From the NCBI GenBank assembly GCA_002778465.1, contig PFBV01000002.1, positions 2,312-66,311 of the forward strand: a DNA stretch of 64,000 nt. The letters run 5' to 3'. Below, piece after piece: positions 53,718 through 62,736 of the stretch. Every line of letters starts with the position of its first letter. Positions within the stretch are counted from its first letter, which is position 1. This stretch comes from Candidatus Magasanikbacteria bacterium CG10_big_fil_rev_8_21_14_0_10_36_32. GTDB taxonomy: Bacteria > Patescibacteriota > Patescibacteriia > Magasanikbacterales > GWA2-37-8. A program made the position numbers and the translations under genes. The notes under the pieces were generated by a model. The model had not been told where the DNA came from. It saw nothing but the letters and a program-made list of their open reading frames with translations, and did not search any database.

Positions 53718-53753
53718 AAAAACAAAAAACCACTCCGTTTACTGAGTGGTTTT
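53718..53753 (-). terminator. Rho-independent terminator after clpP
   Basis: On the minus strand: AAAACCACTC-agtaaacg-GAGTGGTTTT followed by TTGTTTTT. Confidence 0.75.
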
Positions 53754-53763
53754 AATTTGAATC

Positions 53764-54387
53764 TTACTCAATAATTTTATCTATCAAACCGTATTTTTTA
53801 GCTTCAGTCGGATTGATGAAATAATCACGGTCAGTATCTTTTTCAATTGTCGGCATCGGCTGTCCGGTATGTTTGGCTAAAATTTTATTCAAACGATCTT
53901 TCATTTTAATAATTCTTTCCGCATGGATTTTAATGTCGCTGGCTTGACCTTCCATCCCACCCATCACTTGATGAATCATTACTTCGGCGTTTGGCAGAGC
54001 TAATCGTTTTCCTTTGGCGCCAGCGGCCAAAAGAACGGCGGCCATGCTGGCGGCCATACCGACACAAATTGTGCTGACATCGGATTTAAGAAATTGCATT
54101 GTGTCATAAATCGCCATGCCGGAAGTGACTGAACCGCCTGGAGAATTAATATATAGTTTAATGTCTTTGTCAGGATTTTGATTATCCAAAAATAGCATTT
54201 GAGCGATAACTAAATTAGCCACCGCGTCATCAATCGGTCCACCAAGAAAAATAATTCTGTCTTGTAATAAACGGGAAAAAATATCAAACGACCGTTCGCC
54301 ATAGCTGGTTTTTTCCACCACGATAGGAACGAGATGTTGAGCTTGTGGCATTTTTTGGGAAATAGTTGTATTTTCTTCTTGTGTCAT
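53764..54387 (-). CDS. clpP: ATP-dependent Clp protease proteolytic subunit
   Basis: [20 protein letters not shown], the active-site context [18 protein letters not shown], and MIHQ. Confidence 0.95.
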   Translation of the reverse strand: MTQEENTTISQKMPQAQHLVPIVVEKTSYGERSFDIFSRLLQDRIIFLGGPIDDAVANLVIAQMLFLDNQNPDKDIKLYINSPGGSVTSGMAIYDTMQFLKSDVSTICVGMAASMAAVLLAAGAKGKRLALPNAEVMIHQVMGGMEGQASDIKIHAERIIKMKDRLNKILAKHTGQPMPTIEKDTDRDYFINPTEAKKYGLIDKIIE

Positions 54388-54428
54388 ACGTTTTTAATTT
54401 ATATTATAAGTTTAATTTTATATTATTT

Positions 54429-55388
54429 TTAATCCAAAGTCAAAATACGGTTTAAAACTTCTTCAATTGTTCCGTCGGCCGTAAATCCGGCAGCTTTTTT
54501 ATGTCCGCCGCCGCCAAGTTTTCTAGCAATGGACGATACATCCACTGTGTTGCCTGTTGTGCGAAGATTACCTTTTATTTTATTGTCTGGAATTTCTCTC
54601 AACATTAAAGCAATTTGCGTGTTGCTTAAAATATTTAAAAAATTAGAAATGCCGTCGCCGTCTTCTTCGGCCGCGCCGCATTTTTTAAAATCTTCCAAAG
54701 TTAAATAAGTGTGGGCTAAATCCATTTTTTCATTTTTAGTTAGACGAGCTAAAGCAATGCCCCACAGTTTTAAGGAATTGATGGTTTTTTCTTTTTGAGT
54801 GTAATAATAAATTAAATTGAAATTTGCGCCTAAACGAACCAAATCGCCGGCAATAGTGAAAGAATCGGGAGAAGTGCCGCCATTAGTGAAGTTGTCCGTA
54901 TCGGTGATTAAACCGGACAGAAGAGCGGTAGCCATAGACGGACTGATGCGAATGCGATTGTGTTGAAAAAATTGATAAAGAACTTCAGCGGTTGCAGCCG
55001 CTTTTTTCATTACCATATTATAATGGCCGTAATTTTCATTGGTAGCATGATGATCAATGTTGATTATCGTCGCCGGATGATTATGAATAAATTCAGCAAT
55101 GCCCGCATAATGTAAATCCCCGCAATCCATCACTACAATTAAATCAATTTTTCGGTCGTTGAATAATTCAGTATTATTTTCCAATTGTGGAAAATTCGGC
55201 AGGAATTTTAATCTTGGGCTGGCCGGTGTCACACAAAAAATAGTTGGCGAATGGCCAAGATTGGTTAAATGTTCCAATAAAGCGTTGGCTGAACCTAAAG
55301 TATCTCCATCCGGATGAGGGTGGGTGACAATTACGATTTTATTGGCTTTTTCCATTTCCTGTTGAATTTGTTTGGCTATGCGTTGCAT
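54429..55388 (-). CDS. nrnA: DHH/DHHA1 phosphoesterase (NrnA-like)
   Basis: HPHPDGDTLGS, VMDCGD, NIDHHATN and GGGHKKAAG motifs. Confidence 0.8.
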   Translation of the reverse strand: MQRIAKQIQQEMEKANKIVIVTHPHPDGDTLGSANALLEHLTNLGHSPTIFCVTPASPRLKFLPNFPQLENNTELFNDRKIDLIVVMDCGDLHYAGIAEFIHNHPATIINIDHHATNENYGHYNMVMKKAAATAEVLYQFFQHNRIRISPSMATALLSGLITDTDNFTNGGTSPDSFTIAGDLVRLGANFNLIYYYTQKEKTINSLKLWGIALARLTKNEKMDLAHTYLTLEDFKKCGAAEEDGDGISNFLNILSNTQIALMLREIPDNKIKGNLRTTGNTVDVSSIARKLGGGGHKKAAGFTADGTIEEVLNRILTLD

Positions 55389-55395
55389 GATAAAT

Positions 55396-55518
55396 GAAAG
55401 TCAAATGTCAAAATTCAAATGTCAAAACTTTGGTATCCGTATGGCGGATTATTTTTTATGATAAATTATCGTAAAACGACCCTGTAATTTTGATTTTTGA
55501 TTTTTGCATTTTGAGTTT
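55396..55518. repeat. Heptamer-periodic arrays in inverted orientation in the nrnA/smc divergent region
   Basis: Left arm gaaagtcaaatgtcaaaattcaaatgtcaaaac (AAATGTC period 7). Right arm aattttgatttttgatttttgcattttgagttt (ATTTTTG period 7). Confidence 0.6.
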
Positions 55519-55740
55519 AACAAATTATTATATCCCTCTTGTTCATTATTGTCAAGATATGTTATAATTATGGGTATAAAATGGCTGTTAGCAGCAAATA
55601 CAGGCGAGTAAAATTAACAAATAAATTTTTTATATTTTCACGCCAAAAAAGTTTATTTTGCCTGGTATTGTGAAGTTTTTTCAGTTTTAATAAAATTTTA
55701 TCCGCAAATTATCCTGCGGTCTCTGTTTTAGGGGTTTACT

Positions 55741-58700
55741 ATGTATTTAAAGCGTTTAGAAATTCAAGGTTTTAAGTCCTTTGCCAGCAGGACTGTTTTA
55801 GAATTTTTACCGCCTAAAAATGGAAGTTTAGGAGTAACGGCAGTAGTCGGTCCTAACGGTTCAGGTAAATCAAATATTTCCGATGCTATTCGTTGGGCGA
55901 TGGGTGAACAGAGTTTAAAAGTTTTGCGCGGGAAAAAAAGTGACGATGTTATTTTTAATGGTTCGGAAACAAAAAGCCGGTTGGGTATGGCTGAAGTTTC
56001 TTTGATTTTAGACAATACCGACGGAAAAATTTATAAAGAATATCCCGAGATAATAATTACTCGTCGTGTTTATCGCCAAGGCGAAGGAGAATATTTGATT
56101 AATAATAATGCGGCTCGGCTTTTTGATATTCATTTGGTTTTAGCGCAGTTGCAATGCGCTGGAAATTCATATGGTATTGTTGGACAAGGTATGATTGATC
56201 AAATGTTAGTTGCTACGCCGGCTGAGCGCAAAGAATTTTTAGATGAAGCTTCGGGAATTAAAGAATTTCAAATTAAACGCCATCAAGCCGCTTTGAAATT
56301 GAATCGGACTTCGGAAAATATTATTCAAGCTGAACGGTTGATACAGGAAGTTGAACCAAGATTAAGATTATTGTCACGCCAAGTTAAAAAATTGGAAAAA
56401 CGGCAAGAAGTGGAGTTGCAGTTAAGAGAGTCTCAGGAAAAATATTTTAATTCAATCTTTCATCGCAATAAAAATGAAGCCGATGAGATTAGTACTGCTT
56501 TGTCGGCGGTGGAAAAGAAATATGAAGTGGCTAAACAAGAATTGGAGAAAATTCAAAATGAATTAAGCCAGCATGCTCGGGCGGCCGGACGGCAGGAAGT
56601 TTTTGCCGGTTTGCAGGATGATTATCGTATCGCTCAACATGAAAAAAATGAATTAGCGAGGCAAATGATGATGTTGGAAGGGCAAATGCATACTGAATAT
56701 AGTCAGCGCGGACAGCAAAATATCGGTTGGTTGGAAAATAAAATTAATGATTTAAAATTTCAAACTGAAAAAATATCCGGTCAATGTCGTTCTTTGGAAG
56801 AGGAAAATAAAAAAATCAATGAAGAATTGACTCAACAACGGAAGAAGTTGGATAAAATGTCATCTGATAAAGCGGAAAAAATGGTTAAAATTTCGCGTTG
56901 GCAAAATCAGTTGATGGAAGGACAATCAGAACAGAATTTTTTGCAGTTAAGCGGTTTAACCACTATTAAATCAATTTTGGAAGCCAAAGGCAGTTTAGGA
57001 AAAATTTATGGCGTGGTGGCCAGTTTGGCTGAAGCAGATTTACAATATTGTTTGGCTTTGGATGTGGCTGCCGGTTCACGCCTTTCGTCCATCGTGGTTG
57101 ATGATGACGAAGTTGCTCGTTTGGCGATTAATTATTTGCGTGAAAAAAGATTGGGTGTGGCAACATTTTTACCGTTAAATAAAATTACTGAAAGAGAATT
57201 GTCGCCGGAAATGGAGATTTTAAAGAAAGAGCCGGATGTCGTCGGCTGGGCGATTGATTTATTAAAATTTGAAAATAAATTTAGGAATATTTTTTCTTTT
57301 ATTTTGGGAGATACATTGGTTGTAAAAGATTTACAGGCGGCTAAGCGTATTGGTATTGGCCGAATTAGGATGGTGACATTGGAAGGTGATTTGGTGGAAA
57401 GAAATGGCGTAATGAGAGGCGGTTATCGACAATTTAAAAAATACAGCCTTAGTTTCGCCGCTAAATTTTCTTTAAGCAGCGAGGATAGAATGAAAGAATA
57501 TCAAACACAGCTAACTTTGGAACAGCAGGGATTGTTGGAAATTGATAGAGAAATGGATGTTGTAAAACGCGCTATTGGAGAAAGTGAAGCTCAGAATCAG
57601 GCGAAACGAGCCAAGCTTGATTTGTTGAATGAAGAAATTCAAAAAAATGATAAGGAAAAATCATCTTTGGAACGCGATTTGTCACTTTTACAATTAACAC
57701 CGGAAGAGCATGGTGAACATTTGGTTAAGTTGGCTGGCGATAAAGAAAAATTAATGAAAGAAATTGGACAAGCTGACCAAAAATTGGCGGAATTGGATAA
57801 AAAAATAAGCGAATTTAATGAAGATGAAGAAAAGAAAAAACAGCGTGTTTTTTCTTTGCAAAATGAAATGAATTCCAAACAAGATGAATTAAATCATTTA
57901 ACTTCCGATCGCAATGATTATCGTGTGGCTTTGGCAAAAATTGAAACAAAGCAGGAAGCTTTGAACGAAGAAGTGAATACTGATTTAAATACTTCCATAA
58001 TGTCTATCGTGGAACGCAATTTGGAAATTGTTCCGACAGCGCAATTGGAAGAATTGGCCGCTGAATTGCAAAAATTAAAATATCAGCTAAGTTTAATTGG
58101 CAGTATTGATGAAGAAGTAATTCAAGAACATGAGCAAACAAAAGAAAGATATGATTTTCTGTCTAATCAGTTGATTGATTTAAAAACCGCGATTGAAAAT
58201 TTGGAAAAAATGGTGGAAGATTTGGATGATTTGATGAAAACAAAACGAGCGGTGGCTTTCAAAAAAATTAGAAAAGAATTTGATCGTTATTTTAAAATTT
58301 TGTTTGAAGGCGGCAGCGCGAATTTGGAAGAAATTTATACGGAAGAAAAAGATGAAGAATTGGAGATTGGTAATGAAGGAGAAATGGAAATTCCTCCGGA
58401 AATTCCGACGTCAAGAAAGAAAGAAAAAGTGTTGGTTGGAATTGATGTTTTGGCTAATCCGCCGGGTAAGAAAATTAAAAGTATAAATGCGTTATCTGGA
58501 GGAGAACGCACTTTAACCTCAATCGCTTTAATTTGCGCCGTGTTGAATTATAATCCGTCACCATTTGTTGTTTTGGATGAAGTGGAAGCGGCTTTGGATG
58601 AAGCTAACACCCTGCGGTTTACTAAGATTTTGGCGGAATTGGCGACTAAATCTCAATTCATTATTATTACTCATAATCGCGTCACTATGCATTCTGCTGA

Positions 58701-58788
58701 TGCGCTTTATGGTGTGACAATGAGCAGTGAAGGTATTTCCAGATTGTTAAGTGTGAAGATGGAAGATGTACCGCAATATTCCAAATAG
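55741..58788 (+). CDS. smc: Chromosome partition protein SMC (short, 1,015 aa)
   Basis: N-terminal Walker A GPNGSGKSN, long coiled coils, a hinge (GVVASLAE..LDVAAGSRL), the signature LSGGERTLTSIAL, and Walker B VLDEVEAALD. Confidence 0.9.
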   Translation: MYLKRLEIQGFKSFASRTVLEFLPPKNGSLGVTAVVGPNGSGKSNISDAIRWAMGEQSLKVLRGKKSDDVIFNGSETKSRLGMAEVSLILDNTDGKIYKEYPEIIITRRVYRQGEGEYLINNNAARLFDIHLVLAQLQCAGNSYGIVGQGMIDQMLVATPAERKEFLDEASGIKEFQIKRHQAALKLNRTSENIIQAERLIQEVEPRLRLLSRQVKKLEKRQEVELQLRESQEKYFNSIFHRNKNEADEISTALSAVEKKYEVAKQELEKIQNELSQHARAAGRQEVFAGLQDDYRIAQHEKNELARQMMMLEGQMHTEYSQRGQQNIGWLENKINDLKFQTEKISGQCRSLEEENKKINEELTQQRKKLDKMSSDKAEKMVKISRWQNQLMEGQSEQNFLQLSGLTTIKSILEAKGSLGKIYGVVASLAEADLQYCLALDVAAGSRLSSIVVDDDEVARLAINYLREKRLGVATFLPLNKITERELSPEMEILKKEPDVVGWAIDLLKFENKFRNIFSFILGDTLVVKDLQAAKRIGIGRIRMVTLEGDLVERNGVMRGGYRQFKKYSLSFAAKFSLSSEDRMKEYQTQLTLEQQGLLEIDREMDVVKRAIGESEAQNQAKRAKLDLLNEEIQKNDKEKSSLERDLSLLQLTPEEHGEHLVKLAGDKEKLMKEIGQADQKLAELDKKISEFNEDEEKKKQRVFSLQNEMNSKQDELNHLTSDRNDYRVALAKIETKQEALNEEVNTDLNTSIMSIVERNLEIVPTAQLEELAAELQKLKYQLSLIGSIDEEVIQEHEQTKERYDFLSNQLIDLKTAIENLEKMVEDLDDLMKTKRAVAFKKIRKEFDRYFKILFEGGSANLEEIYTEEKDEELEIGNEGEMEIPPEIPTSRKKEKVLVGIDVLANPPGKKIKSINALSGGERTLTSIALICAVLNYNPSPFVVLDEVEAALDEANTLRFTKILAELATKSQFIIITHNRVTMHSADALYGVTMSSEGISRLLSVKMEDVPQYSK

Positions 58789-58814
58789 TAAAAATTTGGC
58801 TAAAATAAGGAATT

Positions 58815-58843
58815 TTGACATTATTCATAATTTTTTATATTAT
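58815..58843 (+). promoter_or_regulatory. Sigma70-like promoter
   Basis: TTGACA, 17 nt spacer, TATTAT. Confidence 0.45.
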
Positions 58844-58875
58844 AAACACACAGTCTAAATCAAAAATATATTTAT

Positions 58876-59994
58876 ATGAGAAATTTTGAATCGTCACCGC
58901 ACAATCAAGAACCAAAAGAGAAGCCTGAATGGGTGCAAAATTTACGCGTTGCTTTTGGCGCGTGGAAAAATGCAGATAAAGCAATGATACAAGAACTCGG
59001 AGAGAGGGAAGGTTTGATGGGTGATATTCACAGAAAGTTGAATTTGGAAGTGGCTACCATTTTTCATAATCAAATCAGTTCAATGCGTGATTTGCCCAGT
59101 TTTGTTCCGTTAGAGCAAGATTCTCAAGTTACAGGGCGTGCGGATGTTGATGTGGAAAACGAAAATGCAACGGTAAAATTTTCTCAACATTCTCAGCCCA
59201 CCGAAAGAAAATATTTTTTACCGCAAACACACGAACTTTATGTTGAAATGCCTTTTGCAACAATGAACCCGGAGAGTAGAAAAAATTATTTACCGGAGAG
59301 TAAAAGTTTTAAGGGATTTGAAGAAATTAAGAAAGAAAAAAAGACGGGAGGCAGGGCAAATCATTATTCCGCCTTTTATGATTTTTATGATTTGACACCG
59401 CCCACTCAAGAGACTTTAGAGCAAGAAAGCCGTAAATTAAGTTTTCAATTTTGGGATACATACCCGCGCGGGGAATATGACAAAGCGCAGGCATCCCAAA
59501 GAACACGCGACAGGTATGGGTTGTCGCCCGAACAGATATGTGAAATTATTTCACATCTTGAAGGCACGGTTAAAGATGAAGGCGACTGTAAAAAATTAGA
59601 GGCGATGAAAAACGATGTAAATAAAACACTGGATGCATTTCCGGAAAAATTAAATCAGGTGAAAGAAAAAAATGCTGAACATATCAAACAAAGAATTATT
59701 AATTTGACTAATTTTTTGCTTGAAGATTTTAAGAAAGACTTGCCTAAGTCAATAAGTATCGGACATCATGAATATGATGAAAATCATAACAAAATTGCGA
59801 GTTATTTTTATATGCCGCACGAAAAGAAGTTGATAAAAGCGCCGTACAAGAAAGGCTTTTTAAGTGATGGATCAAAACCTGATTTTTCTAAAGCCGAGGA
59901 TGCTCCGGAAGAAGAGTGGCTACATGTGGGATTGTTGGGAGATATGCTTTTAAATATATTTCCTGATGATATTAGGAATAGTATTAAAAAATAA
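58876..59994 (+). CDS. Hypothetical cytoplasmic protein (monocistronic)
   Basis: 372 aa, no TM helix and no recognised motif. It has its own promoter and its own terminator. Confidence 0.5.
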   Translation: MRNFESSPHNQEPKEKPEWVQNLRVAFGAWKNADKAMIQELGEREGLMGDIHRKLNLEVATIFHNQISSMRDLPSFVPLEQDSQVTGRADVDVENENATVKFSQHSQPTERKYFLPQTHELYVEMPFATMNPESRKNYLPESKSFKGFEEIKKEKKTGGRANHYSAFYDFYDLTPPTQETLEQESRKLSFQFWDTYPRGEYDKAQASQRTRDRYGLSPEQICEIISHLEGTVKDEGDCKKLEAMKNDVNKTLDAFPEKLNQVKEKNAEHIKQRIINLTNFLLEDFKKDLPKSISIGHHEYDENHNKIASYFYMPHEKKLIKAPYKKGFLSDGSKPDFSKAEDAPEEEWLHVGLLGDMLLNIFPDDIRNSIKK

Positions 59995-60003
59995 TTACCA
60001 TTA

Positions 60004-60037
60004 AAAACAAGACCGCCCAAAAAGGCGGTTTTTGTTT
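60004..60037 (+). terminator. Rho-independent terminator
   Basis: AAACAAGACCGCC-caaaaa-GGCGGTTTTTGTTT. Confidence 0.7.
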
Positions 60038-60106
60038 AATCAGATAAACCACCAGCGATAAACTGAGGGTAGTTCATTGGATTTTTTGTTATATAATTAT
60101 TGGGGA

Positions 60107-60135
60107 TTGACAGCAGTTTTTAAATATGATATATT
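60107..60135 (+). promoter_or_regulatory. Consensus-like promoter of rpsP
   Basis: TTGACA, 17 nt spacer, TATATT. The 3' part AAATATGATATATTG is identical to the promoter at 61196. Confidence 0.55.
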
Positions 60136-60214
60136 GTTGTTGCTCTCTAAATCGTCATTTATAAATAATGTCAGTTCATAATTCATGGTTTTCAATAAAA
60201 AATTATTGGCCCGT

Positions 60215-60242
60215 GAACTGGGAACTGAGAACTGTTAACTGT
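60215..60242 (+). repeat. Four tandem heptamers GAACTGN directly upstream of the rpsP start codon
   Basis: gaactgg gaactga gaactgt taactgt. The complementary CAGTTC is at 60172-60177. Confidence 0.7.
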
Positions 60243-60246
60243 TTAT

Positions 60247-60723
60247 ATGCTAATTATTCGCATGCAACGGGTAGGCAAGAAGAAATTCTCTACTTACCGT
60301 TTAATTATTTCTGAAAAAACAAAAGATACGCAAGGATCTTATTTAGAGGCCTTGGGTACTTTTAATCCGCACGCCAAAGAAAATGCTTTTAAGCCTAATA
60401 TTGAAAGAATTAAATATTGGTTAAGTAAAGGCGCTTTAGTTTCGGATACTTTGAATAATTTGTTGATTTCCAACAATATTATTGAAGGTGATAAAAAGAA
60501 ATCAGTTTTTTTAACAAAAAAAAGACAGGTTAAATTAGCTGAAAAAAAGAAAGCGGTCACTCCCGCTCCAGTTGAAACTCCTGCCGAAACTCCAGTTGAA
60601 ACTTCAGTTGAACAACCAATTGCTCCTGTTGAAACTCCTGCCGAAACTCCAGTTGAAACTTCAGTTGAACAACCAATTGCTCCTGTTGAAACTCCTGCCG
60701 AAACTCCGACTGAGCAGGTTTAA
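60247..60723 (+). CDS. rpsP: 30S ribosomal protein S16 with a repeat-containing C-terminal extension
   Basis: MLIIRMQRVGKKKFSTYRLIISE...GTFNP...IERIKYWLSKGA is the bS16 core (~85 aa). It is followed by a ~70-aa P/E/T/V-rich tail. Confidence 0.9.
   Translation: MLIIRMQRVGKKKFSTYRLIISEKTKDTQGSYLEALGTFNPHAKENAFKPNIERIKYWLSKGALVSDTLNNLLISNNIIEGDKKKSVFLTKKRQVKLAEKKKAVTPAPVETPAETPVETSVEQPIAPVETPAETPVETSVEQPIAPVETPAETPTEQV
60565..60707 (+). repeat. 57-bp tandem repeat, 2.5 copies, in frame in the rpsP tail
   Basis: Units start at 60565, 60622 and 60679. Copies 1 and 2 differ at one nucleotide. Each encodes APVETPAETPVETSVEQPI. Confidence 0.9.
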
Positions 60724-60800
60724 TAAATTAGTTTCGCAGTACTGGTGGTGTTACCACAATGTCGACAGACTGCAACATTAAAAATTTTAAAGATATTACT

Positions 60801-61136
60801 ATGACGAACGCAGATCAGCAATTTCTGGAAACACTCGTTAAAGCGGTTGTTAACAACCCGAACGACGTAAAAGTTGACAGAGTGGTTGATGAAAGAGGAG
60901 TTTTACTTACTCTGGATGTCAATCCGCAAGATATGGGTTATATTATTGGTCGACAAGGCCAAACTGCCCATGCGATTCGTACCTTGTTGAAAATCGTCGG
61001 TGCCAAAAATAATGCCCGCGTTAATTTAAAAATTAACGAACCGGCTGGTAGTGAGCACAGACGCAGAGAAGACAGAGGTCCGGTCGAGACTAGCGCCCCG
61101 GTAGATACCAGCGCCATTGATAACTTGGAAATCTAA
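60801..61136 (+). CDS. KH-domain RNA-binding protein (YlqC/UPF0109 family)
   Basis: ATG at 60801. FLETLVKAVVNNPNDVKV...GYIIGRQGQTAHAIRTLLK (GxxG KH motif). Canonical position after rpsP. Confidence 0.8.
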   Translation: MTNADQQFLETLVKAVVNNPNDVKVDRVVDERGVLLTLDVNPQDMGYIIGRQGQTAHAIRTLLKIVGAKNNARVNLKINEPAGSEHRRREDRGPVETSAPVDTSAIDNLEI

Positions 61137-61148
61137 AATTAAAATTTA

Positions 61149-61186
61149 AAATCGCCTCCGCAAATGCGGAGGCGATTTTGTTTTTA
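61149..61186 (+). terminator. Strong rho-independent terminator
   Basis: AAATCGCCTCCGC-aaat-GCGGAGGCGATTT followed by TGTTTTT. Confidence 0.8.
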
Positions 61187-61195
61187 TTTAAAATC

Positions 61196-61224
61196 TTGAC
61201 AAAAGCTTTAAAATATGATATATT
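61196..61224 (+). promoter_or_regulatory. Consensus-like promoter (twin of the rpsP promoter)
   Basis: TTGACA, 17 nt spacer, TATATT. Confidence 0.55.
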
Positions 61225-61286
61225 GATTTGTTCTTTAAAAAACAACCAAGTCCTGTAAAAAAACAGGCAAAACAAGGAGAAGAGAG

Positions 61287-61820
61287 ATGAAGAAGGGAAT
61301 GTTTTTCGTTTTGTTCGTATTCGCGATTCTGTCCGTTTCCGCTTGTGGTAGCGCGCAGTTTCAGAACGTTGCGGATGATAATCCGATAACGGACCAGACC
61401 TGTACAGTCATCGTGGATCGTACCCAGTCGCTGGATGAGATGATTCAGGCGGGGCGGTACAGTTTCGTTTCTGATTACTTTACCGCTGAGAATTTCCCGG
61501 TAGAGCAGCCGCAGGTGGAGGTGGAGGTAACACTTCACGTCATCACCATGAATAGGGTGGTTACCACCAATGCAATTTTGGCTGAAATTGATAAGCGTGG
61601 TTTGCGTCCGGCGACCTTGTCGGAGCTATTGGCTTTCGGAGTCAAGTATCCGTCGGCCCAAAGACATTTTTCGGTCGTCGCTTTCGGTTCGATTTGGTCA
61701 ATTAGCGGTTTTCGTGTAGTGACCTTTCTGTCCGGTGACGATGATATTCGGGCGCTGAACATGGATTATTTTGGTGGTGATTGGGACGAAGCCACCCGTT
61801 TCCTTGCCGTCGTCAAGTAA
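61287..61820 (+). CDS. Putative lipoprotein, strongly GC-enriched
   Basis: AAGGAG RBS. Signal peptide plus lipobox (FAILSVSAC). A hand-counted 60-nt sample (61321-61380) has 32 G+C (53%), versus 19 (32%) in an rpsP sample (60301-60360). Confidence 0.6.
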   Translation: MKKGMFFVLFVFAILSVSACGSAQFQNVADDNPITDQTCTVIVDRTQSLDEMIQAGRYSFVSDYFTAENFPVEQPQVEVEVTLHVITMNRVVTTNAILAEIDKRGLRPATLSELLAFGVKYPSAQRHFSVVAFGSIWSISGFRVVTFLSGDDDIRALNMDYFGGDWDEATRFLAVVK

Positions 61821-61845
61821 ATCCCGTTCTTTTTTCAACATACAG

Positions 61846-61872
61846 CCACCTCAGTTCTTGAGGTGGTTTTTT
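61846..61872 (+). terminator. Rho-independent terminator
   Basis: CCACCTCA-gttct-TGAGGTGG followed by TTTTTT. Confidence 0.75.
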
Positions 61873-61887
61873 ATTGGATAGAGTTTT

Positions 61888-61917
61888 TTTAAATACCCAT
61901 TTAAATGGGTATTTAAA
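61888..61917. repeat. TTTAAATACCCATTTAAATGGGTATTTAAA perfect palindrome
   Basis: Second copy of the 47130-47160 element, flanked by a T-run and an A-run. Confidence 0.8.
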
Positions 61918-61946
61918 AAAATATATAGTTCTTATTTTTTTATTTA

Positions 61947-61975
61947 TTGACAGTAATTTTATTTTATTGTATATA
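61947..61975 (+). promoter_or_regulatory. Sigma70-like promoter
   Basis: TTGACA, 17 nt spacer, TATATA. Confidence 0.5.
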
Positions 61976-62031
61976 TACAGAATACTGTTCTTTTAAATCA
62001 ATCGGCCTAAGGGTCAAAAAAGGAGGTCCAA

Positions 62032-62667
62032 ATGGGCACAAAGGGAAGATTTTTGACGATTTTTGTTACATCGATTTTTCTCATGTTGGCCATTTTTACC
62101 GCCGGCTGCGCTGTTTTTTCGTCACAGGTGAAGGATGTTAAATCAGAAGATCCGAACAGAGCGCTGTTCAATCATTGGCATGCGATTTGTTTGAATGTTG
62201 ATGATGAAGAAGTTGATCATTTTGCGGCAGAGGAAATGTCCAAATTGACAGAACCTTTTTATGACGACTGGTTGTCTATTTTCATGTGTGCTCAATCCAA
62301 GAGTGATTTGAGCTATAAATCTTTGGCATGGGCAGGTCAGTTGTCATCAAAATTTTCTGAGATGAAAATTGTGGCACAGCTTGTATATTGGAAGAAAATA
62401 ACCGATGATGATGAACGTCTTCAAAAAATATTTCAGTATACACTATACAAAATGTACTGGGAGGCGGAGAGTTTTAAGGAGTGGGCTGTTGTAACTAAAT
62501 TTGCCAATTGTGAAACGTATAATGATTTATTTCTAGAGTCGCTGAGTCGTATGGCTAGTTTGGCCAATACTTTCAAGGAATGGAAATGTGTCTATGATAT
62601 TGCTCCTAAGGATAACGCGATTCGCAAGATTGCTTTTTACAGAATGATTGGGATGGTCAAACCGTAA
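62032..62667 (+). CDS. Putative lipoprotein (helical, unknown function)
   Basis: AAAGGAGG RBS. Signal peptide plus lipobox (LAIFTAGC). Confidence 0.55.
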   Translation: MGTKGRFLTIFVTSIFLMLAIFTAGCAVFSSQVKDVKSEDPNRALFNHWHAICLNVDDEEVDHFAAEEMSKLTEPFYDDWLSIFMCAQSKSDLSYKSLAWAGQLSSKFSEMKIVAQLVYWKKITDDDERLQKIFQYTLYKMYWEAESFKEWAVVTKFANCETYNDLFLESLSRMASLANTFKEWKCVYDIAPKDNAIRKIAFYRMIGMVKP

Positions 62668-62736
62668 GGGCAGTTTAATTCGCAAGTTTGCGCTTACGAG
62701 ACGATTGAGATAATTCGTTCTTTTTAAAAAAAATTT

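Noticed and set aside
60565-60781. A CRISPR array or alternative ORF (60572-60781) in the 57-bp repeat region.
   Set aside because: The repeats are directly tandem with no unique spacers and lie in frame within the rpsP tail. The alternative-frame ORF is a repeat artefact. No CRISPR-like repeat-spacer structure or cas genes were seen anywhere in the window.
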